The notes under the pieces: model-generated | What the model was told of the DNA's origin: nothing | Database searches by the model: none | The model's input: only the letters and a program-made list of their open reading frames with translations | Shown: positions 1-10,700 of the stretch, one piece after another | How positions within the stretch are numbered: position 1 is the stretch's first letter | How the letters are laid out: each line of letters opens with the position of its first letter | Program-made: the position numbers and the translations under genes | Source of the DNA: Callorhinchus milii | Taxonomy: Eukaryota | DNA: 64,000 nt | Direction of reading: 5' to 3' | Assembly (NCBI RefSeq): GCF_018977255.1 | Contig: NW_024704743.1 | Location: 94,738,001-94,802,000 of the forward strand

Positions 1-1742
1 AGCGCCGGGCTGTTCCCCTCCAGGCGTGGGTTGAATGCTAATGTATTTGGAGTGCCATAGCCCAATGTGGCTTGTGGGGTAGTTTGCAGTGCTCCTTCTG
101 TTTCAGCCAATCCTCTCAGTGTAACAGACACTGGGTGAGTGTGCTGCCTCTGTGAGACAGGAGCCGCAGCAGTGGAGATGTTACCCTTGTCATTGCTGTT
201 CAACAAAGTCCGCTCGAAACCGCAAGCCAGCAATGGTCTCTTCTGCTCTTTAAACTGTAGGCCTGGAGCAATTTTGTGCTGAATGAAAGGCTTGCTGATC
301 CATTCCTGTTTAAATAATGTCTGCCGCTCCCCTGACTGATCCTCATCTGTATTGAGGGGAGGCTGTGCCCACATTTTAACCCCTGCTGCAGTATACTGCT
401 TTGCTTGCTCATATCTACTCTGAGACTGTTCCCCTATTAACTTGGCCTGCCTCTTGCTTCCTTGCATATCACGAGCTTTGCCTTGAATCTGCCCTGCTGT
501 TCCCCAAGCATGGCCCTTAGGGGTTTGTGAGAGTGAGTAAGAAACGTTGCCAGGGACATCTCTCTCAGCTGTAGTCACTTTAGATTCAGCGGAAATTCGT
601 GAGGGCAAAGGAAACCTATTAATTTCAAGCCTGGCACCTGACCGAAGCTGCGGCAGTACTTTCTCTAGAGGCAAGTTGCCCTGCAGCAACTGTGTCACAA
701 GAGGATTATTGGCTTCCACTGATGAAAGGTGACGATTAGAGCTTGCAGGAGCAGGAACTCGGTCTTGGATCTCCACAGCCGCTGACATGAAGGTCTTAGA
801 CTGGCTCGTGGCAAAAGATGCTTTGGAGTTCTTTGTTTGTGAGCTGTCTGCGACTGCACTGATTTGAGGGTGAAAGGAGTTCTCTCCTTTGTCACTCTCT
901 TCCTTAACCTCTGCCACTTTAGCCTCAGAGTCACCTATGTTCGATAAACCTTTAGACTGTTGTCCAGTCTGGTCACTGCTTGCCTCTGGTAAAAGCTTCA
1001 GAACAGACTCCGAAGGTTGTTTGTTGATGTGCGTGGAATCCGCAGGATTGATGTGCAGGCCTAACCTTCCACTCCTCAATGTGTCACCCTCATTCTCTTT
1101 ATGGCTATTCAGTCCCTGCTTCTGTCTATTGTAGCCGATGAGGTCGCTGAGTCGTAGCATTTCTTCACCCACATGGTAACACGATTTACTGTGGTTGGAG
1201 ATGACCATTGCTCCTATGTTTGTTGGAGTTTTAGCCACAGCGCAGTGTGGTTCAGTTAGGTCAGACCATATCCTAGCACCATATGTTGTTTCTTCTAAAC
1301 GGGTGGCACCTTCTGAACCCAGAGAAGCTGTTCGGAGGCTGTTATCATCTTGTTTTGTTAGCACCTTAGAACCACTATTTCTGTCAATCTCTTCCAATTG
1401 ATTACCAATGTTTGGCTCAACCCACTTATTGTTTAATTCCTGAGACTGTGTTTCATTGTTGTTCAGGGTGTTTTCGATTTTAAATGCTTCAGGCTGGGAG
1501 TTCAAACTCAAATCTGCTGGAGAGTAAGTTCCTGCAGCTGTGGTTGACCTGGGCACAGTATAATCCTCTCCAGGGTTACTGGTTTCTTTAGCATTGATGG
1601 AAGGCTGTGGAGCGCTCAACAGCTGAGGACTCACACCAGCTTCCATCTTGCTTGTTACTGCAGGAGACCCCAAATCCAGCGGCACTGCTGCAGATTTAAG
1701 GACAATGGTAACATCAGAGCTGACGACCATATTGTTGGCAGA
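1..1742 (-). CDS. ASXL3: ASXL3 last exon, 3' part, in a shifted frame that is open from 1754 to the window edge. Includes ASXM2 [26 protein letters not shown] (~650-725) and FKQEW..K..QKR
   Basis: Manual translation with codons starting at positions = 2 mod 3 shows no stop for about 580 codons. It is absent from the ORF track, probably because it runs off the window without a stop. Confidence 0.9.
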
Positions 1743-4700
1743 GACGGAGTTGAATTATTTTCAAAACTTGAATCATCTGCACTGGGCACAGAGTTGGGCT
1801 CAGCGGTCTCACCGATACAGCTATCATTATCACAGCTGTCAATTTCATTGCGGCTCTGGACATTTGTGTTGTCGCCAGGGCTTGGAATAGAGGTGTTACC
1901 AGAAGAGCTGCTGGAATATCCCGGTGGGTGAGTACTTTCAGGTGGATATTGCAGGTATACATTATATGCAGCACGTGCCACAGAAACACTGTTTGCAGCA
2001 CCTGCTATGACTGTATTGTCCGCAGAGGTTGGAGCACTATTAGTTCTTGTCATGGTAATACAACTTGGCACAATACTGTCAGCACAATGTGGCAAGCTAC
2101 TGTCATTAGCACAGCTTGGTATGGCAATATTGGCAACACAACTTGGCCTGGCAACAGTATCAGTACTGGCTGGCACAGCAGCACTGCCTGCACAGCTTGC
2201 CATGGCAGTACCATCAGTGTAACTCTGTACAGTGATATTGTGAGGAGACTGCTGCTTCACAGTGGAGTTTGGTACAGCAATAGCACCAGAAGAGGCTGAT
2301 ATATTAATATTACCATGAGAGCTGGTTGTAACAGGACTGACAGAACCAGGCAGTGCAATATTGCCAGCAAAGTCTGCTGACAGGTTTGTATTAGCATTGT
2401 CACTGGAAGGTGAGATATGATCAACACAACTCACTGCCTTAACATAATCAGTACTTTGCAGTGTGATACTGTCAACAGAACATGGGACTGCATTGCTGCC
2501 TACAGAGGCTTGTGCGAGAACACTGCTAGAGGAGTTTGGTGCGGAGACACACCCAGCAGAAGTTGGCACTACATCATTGCCAGCAAAGCTTGGGATTACA
2601 ATGTTGCCAGCAGAAGTTGGTGCTGCAATATTCCCAGTTAAGCTTGTTGCTGCAACACTGCCAGTAGAGCTCTGAGTTGCAACACTGTCAGGAGAGCTTG
2701 GTGTTACATTACTGTTAGTTGAGCATGGTGCTGCATTGTTTTCTGCGATACTGTCAATATAATGTGACACAGTGACACTATCAGCAATACTTGGTACATT
2801 GGTGTTCTCCAAAGCGCATGTTAGGATGGTTAAAGGGGCATGATCCTCTTTAACAAGCCCTTCGTTCTTAGAAACGCTGGCATCCTGCACCTCTCCTACT
2901 GTACTCATGGCTTGCCTGACATAGGCATGCACATCAACTTGCTGTAATTGTGCTCTTGCCTGATGTTTTGCAAATAACTTAGCCTTTGTTTGTGCTTTGA
3001 TATCCGCCAATGTTCTGGTCTGTCCTCCATTTGCTCCTGTATTGCTGGTCCCTCCATCAGCACAGCTCCCCGCTGCTCCCGTACCCGCGCTGGCCGCAGC
3101 TGCTGCCTCTCGCTGAGCTCTCGCCTGCTGCGCTCTGGCCTTGATGTCTGCAAGGGTCCGTGCACCCGTGTTCCTTCCTCCACCCATTGCAGCATTGGAG
3201 GATGCCCTGGGACATACGTAGTAGGACGGCTGACTCTTGATAACAAAAGGTAGCTTGATCCTTGACAGTTGAATCTGTTAAAGAAACACAACACATTTCA
3301 ATCCAAGTAAGATCATAGAATCATAGAATCCTGCAGCATAGAAGGAGGCCATTAGGCCCATCGTACTTGTGTCAGCTCTTTGAAAGAGCTATTCACTCAG
3401 CCCCACTTCCTCACTCTTTCCCCATAGCCTTCAATTCGCTTCCCTCTTCCTCGTTCAAGTTCCGTCTCAAGACTTACCTTTTTGATCTTTCCCCTCCCAC
3501 CTTGGCTCCCGCCTTGAGACATCCTCTCACCTGAAAGGCGCTTTAAAATTTAAAGGTTGGGAATTCTCCATTGTAATCACATAGAAATTTAGTTATTGCT
3601 GTGCGCAAATTGGCTGCCACGTTTGCCTAACGAGTATCCAGTCACTGGACTTTACATCCGGTGTCCTCCCAATATAAAAGGTGCTGTATCAAGTGCCAGA
3701 ATTATTTTCTTATTACTATAATTATTATTAAATTTGGGCTTGTTATGAGATTTTTAATAAAATAAAAATAGTCAGGTGACTATTGAGAGTGACTGTTCAT
3801 GTGGCAGGAGATAACAGTGTCAATTTGCTGGGCTTGTAATTTAACACAACCAGAATATATAAACTGGGCAGGGAAAGCGTGTGTAAACTCTCAAGTTAAA
3901 CCTGCCTCAAGGATGGAATATAATTGTGGTTCTAAGCATATTTACTTTCTTTCATCTTCCTTTATTTGGGTCATTACTCTTTTTACAGTCATTGTGTTTC
4001 CTGTAGCATGTCTCCCCACCTCGCTCATCCACATCAGCTGAGAAATGGGAACCCATCCTTTTTTTTTGGTCAGTTGGGTGTCTGACACAAGCGGAAAAAC
4101 TTCAACATGGTTAAGAGTATCCAAACCAAGCTGAGAATTTCGCTATGTACATTCCCTACACATGGACATTTCACTGTATCTGGAATGGAAAGCAAACTAT
4201 CTTCCTGAAAGAGACGCACCTGCTAACCTAATTCCAGACAATGTTAGGTGCAGGCTGCAAGGGCCAAGACTTTGGGACCCCAGAGTGGGCATTAGGGGTA
4301 CTGCTGAAATTTAACTAGCTAAAACTTGGTTATGCCATAATACCAGAAATGCAAGAATACTATCTGGCAGGCTTACTGCTGCTTGTTCAACTACGACTAC
4401 CCTACCCTTTAGGGCTTTGGCTTACAGGGTTAAATGGAGATGAGTGAGAAGAATTTCTGGTCCAGTGACTGATCTGTCTTTCAATTTCTGTTGACAAAAC
4501 AGGCTGGCTGGTCTGCCCTCAACAGTGCTCCGGAGTACAGCAGACCTGCCTGACTCAGGACCTGCCTGGCTCGAGATTGCCACAGAGAATGAATTGGATT
4601 CCTGTATTCCATTGCCAAGCATATCATCTTGAAGCCTTCAACTCTATAGAGAGGGATTCATTTCTACAGCTCATTATTACAACAACAACAACTTGCATTT

Positions 4701-7700
4701 ATATAGTGCCCTCCATGCCGGGCAGCATCCTAGAGCGCTTAACAATGATGGAGCCCGATGCCAAGCCAGGAGGAGGGGGAAGGTGACTGTAGGTGCGGTC
4801 GAAGAGGAAGGTCTTCAGGCGTAACCTGAAAATGGGGAAAGAGGGGGCAAGGTGAAGAGCTTGAGGGAGGGAGTTGCATAGCTTCAGGGCGTAGTGGCTG
4901 AAGGCACAGCCGCCAATGGTGGAGTGGACGATTTGACGGACAGAGGGGAGGCTGGAGCCAGTAGAGCGGAGGCAGGGGATAGTGATGTGAGCAGAGCGGA
5001 GGTTGGAGAAATAGGAAGGCGCCAAGGTGTGTAGGGATTTAAACACTAGAATGAGGATCTTGAAGTCGATATGCTCTGTGGCAAGGAGCCAATGATGTTT
5101 GGCAAGGACTGGGGTAATTGGGGTGCAGAGTTTAGTGCGGGTGAGAATGCGTGCGGCAGAGTTTTGAATGAGTTGAATTTTGTGAATAGGGGAGGAGGGA
5201 AGACCGGCCAGGAGGGCACTTGAGTAGTCCAGACAAGAGGTGATAAAGGCATGGACAGCTTTGGCAGCTTGTGGAGTGAGGTATTGTCAGAGATGGGCAA
5301 TGTGGCAGAGGAAAGCAGTCCTGACCAGGGACTGGATGTGGGGAGGAAGGATAACTGGGGATTAAGGCAGAGAGGTGGGAGGGCGACCGAAGGCACAATC
5401 AAAGAGGAGGGTCTTGAGACCGGCCTTGAAGGAGGCAAGGGAGGAAGCGAAGCAAAGAGACTGTGGGATAGAATTCCAAATTGTGGAGGTAGAGAGGCTG
5501 AAAGCAGGGTCGGTCATGGCACAGATGGGGGAGAGAAAGGACAGTTCAGGGTCAAATGAGACAACCAGGTTCCTGACTGGCTTAGTGAGGTTGAGTGTGC
5601 AGCTGTGGATGCTGATTCTGCCAGCGCCCGAGGTGCGGAGGCGCTGGCGTGAGCCAATCAGTGGGGCCTTGGTCTTGCTGACGTTCAGCTATAATAATAA
5701 TAATAATAATAATAATAATCCTTACATTTGATATAGCGCTTTTCACGTCGGGAGGACGTCCCAAAGCGCTTCACAGAACACACTGTAAAGTGAATTGACT
5801 GTATATTTGTGGGTGAACGTGGCAGCCAATTGCGAACAGCAATGTCCCACAAACAGTCGTAGATTGAAAATGACCAATTTATTATTGTTTTGGGTTTTGA
5901 AGGGATTATTATTAGGTGTGTGGAGTAAGGAAACTTGCCCAAGGTTTCGCCCTCTAATAATAATAATAATCCTTGCATTTGATATAGCGCTTTTCACGTC
6001 GGGAGGACGTCCCAAAGAGCTTCACAGAATATACTGTAAAGTGAATTGACTGTATATTTGTGGGCGAACGCGGCAGCCAATTGCGCACAGCAATGTCCCA
6101 CAAACAGTCGTAGATTGAAAATGACCAATTTATTATTGTTTGGGGTTTTGGAGGGATTATTATTAGGCTCTGTGTGGAGTAAGGAAACTTGCCCAAGGTT
6201 TCGCCCTCTGCCTGGAATTGAACTCAGGTGTCTCGCTTACAAAGCGAGTGCTCTAACCACTGAGCTACAGGACTCCACGAATATCTACCAATAGATAGCA
6301 CAGACAGTGGGAAGCGCAGGTTGGACAGTGTAAATGGAGCAGGGAATGCATATGTTATGACAACAACAACAACACAACGACAAGATTGTATATATAGGGC
6401 ACCTTTCACGTCGGGAGGACGTCCCAAGGCACTGGACAGTTGGGTCGGGACCCGAGCAGGGGGGAAATGGTCAGGGGGAGGGAAGGGAGGGAGCGAGGAG
6501 GGGTTAGAGAGTCGAAAGGGGAGGTGAAGGCACGGTTGAAGAGAAAGGTCTTGAGACCGGCATTGAAGGAGGAAAGGGTGGAAGCAAGGCAAGGCACTGG
6601 GGGATAAGAGTTCCAGAGCCTAGGGGCTGAGAGGCTACGAGAACAGTATCTGTGCAGATGGGAAAGAAGCTGAGAAGACTGAGGCCTGATTTGACTGGTG
6701 TACAAAATAATGAAGGGAATTGGTGATGGTTGACTCTCCCCTTTGCTATAGGGATTCAAAATAAGAGGCCATTATCTTAACATTAAAGTTAAGCTTGTTG
6801 AAGTGAGATAAGAAAACATTTCTTTACACAGAATGTTGTAAAAATGAAGACGACACTGTCCTAGATGGTTGTAGAGGTAGAATCAGTTGGGATGTTTCAA
6901 AAGGGAGATGGATTTTTGGCAAGTCAGGGTATTAAAGGGTTATGGAGAAAAGGTAGGAAAATTGGATCAAAAGTCAGTTTGTGATTTAATAGACTGGTGG
7001 TATCGGCTTAATAGGTTGACTTGTCTCATTTATTTCCTATGTTCTTATGGAGCTGGGAGCGGGGATAGTGTCAATTTTAGGGACAGCTGTAACAGATAGT
7101 GAGAATGGGACAGAAAGCAGAGAAAGTAGATTCAGATAATGTGATGAGCAATGATATAACACTTCAGACAGCGTGTTGTGGAGTTTCAGCTTTAATGCAA
7201 TAAACATGATCTGACAGCTGCTCCACTGTCCCTTACAGAAACTGACATGGAGAACTGTGTGTGCCTCATGCTAAAAACATGAGTTTCTCCATGGCTGAAT
7301 CTCTGCGCACACCAAGCTTATAGGCCTCAGCATTTTCTGCCTTGGGCCATGTGTCTCGGTGAGCAGTCAGACATTATTGTAACAGAACCTGAGAAGAGGC
7401 AGCATGGCAGCCAGCTACGGTGGGCCTTTGGGTTGTACTGGAGAGGTGGTGGAGCTTCTGCCATATAATGGGGTGACAGACATCCCCCCCACCCCCAGCT
7501 CTCTCTCTCTTAATGAAGAATCTTATTGAGAAATACCATATTATTATTACTGTTTTATGTATGAAACAGCAAAATATAATTAGTTATAATCTGCCATTTT
7601 ATATTTCTTTCTCTTTCTCATACCTTGATAGGTGGGACTTTTGGCTGTGCTTTTGCAGACGTCTCTGGTTCCACCTGGGACCTGCACGGCGCTGTCCGAA

Positions 7701-10700
7701 AGGACTGGTCATTTTCAATTCGAGGCCGTTTCTCCTGACAGATCTCGGGCACACGCGCTTCCAGGGGTTTTCTCTTTTGTAGCTCCAGGTCTTTGCTGTC
7801 GTTTCTAGCTTCAGAAGGTGGTGGAGAAGAGACAGAGGATGTACAGAGCTGTGGGGGCTGCTCAGGGGGCTGCTGAAAGACCCTTGGTTGGTTTTCAAAG
7901 TCTTTGTTCTCCTTTTCAGAAACCTTGGTTGTTTCAGAGCAAGTGGAAGCATGTGATTGCTGAGATGTGTTCTCTGTTTTACCCTCTGAAGATTCATGGC
8001 TGTTGCTGACTGTCTCTGCCCCATAAGGTGCAGTCTCTGAGCACATGGGGAGACTGCACTGTTCTGGGGTACGTTGCTCATTTTCTGTGCCATGTTCTAG
8101 GTCACGTTCGTCATTCTGAGGAAGGTCAACAGAATTGGAAACCTCAGAGGCTTTGGAAGCAGGAGTGTGCAGATGGTAAGAAGTGCTAGATATTTCTGAA
8201 GCGGCTGCCTGTGGCTCTACAGCGTGCTTAGATTGGGGTTCAGGCTTCGGGACACTTTGTGTATTGAGAATAGGCTTTGAGCTATCTGTAGGCATCTCGT
8301 GCTCCACCTCTTCAGGTTGGACTGGGCAATCATGATCAGTGTCAGTCTTGTTGGCTTCTGGACTTTTGTTATCATTGTGATTCTCGCAAACATTCGGTTC
8401 AATCTCTTCTGCTATCTCTTCCTGAATAGCAGATTCATCTGAGCTAATGTCAGAGCACAGCGATATCAAAATATCCTCCGCTTTCACAGTTTCGGGGGGG
8501 TCTTTGGCTGGAGTTTGCTGCATAGTGCATTGCGTTTGCTTTAGGTCTTTATAAGGCACTGGCTTTGCTTTGCTATCGTGCTTGCTATCATTTTGTGCCT
8601 GCGAAGGCCCTGCTAGGATCCGCTGCTCTGGAAATGAACCGCTGTCTCCATTCCCAACATAATCATTCATTGATGCCAGGTTCACAGCTTCCTCTTGTGT
8701 TATACCCGACCTGAGCACAAAGGGAAAATGCATGTAACCATTCTGATACTGAAATCAGCTTCATAATATCTGCGAGGTGAGGGGGGGGGGGCAGAGAAAT
8801 ACACTGGAAATTAAAATGGTGGGGAATCCTTACATGGATTAAATCAAATAAAATGTTATTTTAATGAAAGCCAAGTAATTTTCTATTTAACAATGGGAGA
8901 CCATACGATATACCATATCGAGCCTTCCATCAGGCCTTTGGCAAAACGCCAAATGAAAGACTTCTTTTCAAATAGAGACTTGTGTACAAACACAATGTTG
9001 TCAAACACATGTTGTGTCAGGAAGTTTTGAAATAAGCAAAAACATTTCAAAACTTTTTTTTAAACAAACAATCTGGGCTGGAGCTGAGCGAGGAAATTGG
9101 CAGTGCCTGGACTAGGAGGCAAAGGATTAGTTTCTCCCTTTCCTAGGTCTGGGACTCTGAATGAAGGCTGCAAATTCCCAGAGAGTGCCAGTCACAGACA
9201 GAGTGCCAGTCAGAGAGACAGAGTGCCAATCACAGAGAGAGTGCCAATCACAGAGAGAGTGCCAATCAGAGACAGAGTGCCAATCAGAGACAGAGTGTCA
9301 GTCACAGACAGAGTGTCAGTCACAGACAGAGTGCCAGTCAGAGGGAGAGAGTGCCAGTCAGAGGGAGAGAGTGTCAGTCAGAGAGAGAGAGTGGCAGTCA
9401 GAGAGAGAGAGTGGCAGTCAGAGAGAGAGTGTGGCAGTCAGAGAGAGAGTGTGGCAGTCAGAGAGAGAGTGTGGCAATCAGAGAGAGAGAGTGGCAGTCA
9501 GAGAGAGAGAGTGGCAGTCAGAGAGAGAGAGTGGCAGTCAGAGAGAGAGTGTGGCAGTCAGAGAGAGAGAGTGGCAGTCAGAGAGAGAGAGTAGCAGTCA
9601 GAGAGAGAGTGTGGCAGTCAGAGAGAGAGTGTGGCAGTCAGAGAGAGAGTGTGGCAATCAGAGAGAGAGTGTGGCAGTCAGAGAGAGAGAGTGGAAGTCA
9701 GAGAGAGAGAGTGGCAGTCAGAGAGAGAGTGTGGCAATCAGAGAGAGAGTGGCAGTCACAGAGAGAGAGTGGCAGTCACAGAGAGAGAGTGGCAGTCACA
9801 GAGAGAGAGTGGCAGTCACCGAGAGAATGACAATCACAGAGAGACTGACAGTCAGAGTTGTATTAAATAACTAATGGATGTGTCTCATAGCTTTGTGTTG
9901 CTGGCCTGCTGATGGCAGGCTTGGAGTGGCCTCAGATGTACAAATGAAGCTGAGACTGGGGCAGCAGGTGGCTGTTGAGCGCTGAAACACAAGTGCTCAG
10001 CACTACGGAGTGAGTGGACACAGGTTTGATGTCCCCTCGCTCTGCTGAGTCCTGCTCTGCAATGCTGGCTGAAGGACAGCACCTGTACTGATGAAAACTG
10101 ACATAACACATTCAAAGCATTCAAATGTAAAAGCTTCACTGAAACGCAAATAGCAAAAGTCATCAACGCTAAAACACTTACTTTTCTCCATAATACTGTT
10201 CAAAGAATTTTTCCTTCCACTGTTCAATTTTCTTCTCTTTTTCAATCTCTTGTCGGATGCGTATCTGCATTTCAGGAGTAAATTCACCTGCACAAAGTGT
10301 GAAACGGAATTACACTCAGGCTGGCTGCAACATGTGCATGTCTTATTAGAGCCCCTCTCTCTTATTGGCACTCTCTCTGGCTGGAGAAGCCCATATTTTA
10401 CTCCTCTCTGCTGTATGCACATATAGCATCTTCATATACAGATTAGCATCAAATATAGTAGGACCACATTTTATTATAATGCAGGTTCACTTATGATTGG
10501 GGAATGTTGGCCAGAATGTTGACTAGCGCTGTGGGATTTTTAATTTCTACCTGAAAAGGTAGATTTGCTTTAATGTCTTGTCCAAAGGGTACAATAAATT
10601 CTATCCCACAATAATAATAATCCTTGCATTTGATATAGCGCTTTTCACGTCTTCTAGACGTCTCAAAGCGCTTTGCAAAATATACTGTAAAGTCAATTGA

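Noticed and set aside
1740..1748. GUC_UCU at the frame break, resembling the ASXL2/arterivirus -2 site RG_GUC_UCU
   Set aside because: It is preceded by UCC rather than RG, and the GUC_UCU codons lie in the downstream frame, not the frame an incoming ribosome reads. The required shift is -1, with no X_XXY_YYZ heptamer. An indel is more parsimonious.
3275..3294. Start of ORF 2905..3294 (MLCFFNR) as an independent gene
   Set aside because: The start is a non-AUG codon inside the intronic polypyrimidine tract. Only the exonic part is meaningful, as the TF frame.
6200..6276. tRNA-like sequences with A and B boxes (also ~26650-26723, 35290-35361, 44765-44837)
   Set aside because: These are heads of tRNA-derived SINEs, contiguous with the SINE body and tail, and are not tRNA genes.
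7804..7850. Pyrimidine-rich stretch plus AGs inside the penultimate exon as an alternative acceptor giving access to TF
   Set aside because: Spliced to the phase-2 upstream exon, the AG at 7810-7809 gives an immediate stop and the AG at 7806-7805 gives the zero frame. Neither enters the +1 frame.
9097..9874. Long + strand ORFs (165-237 aa) with repetitive ERVAVRE/SQRE sequence; array-like appearance
   Set aside because: These are translations of a stop-free minisatellite. There are no unique spacers, so it is not CRISPR-like, and the context is a vertebrate intron.
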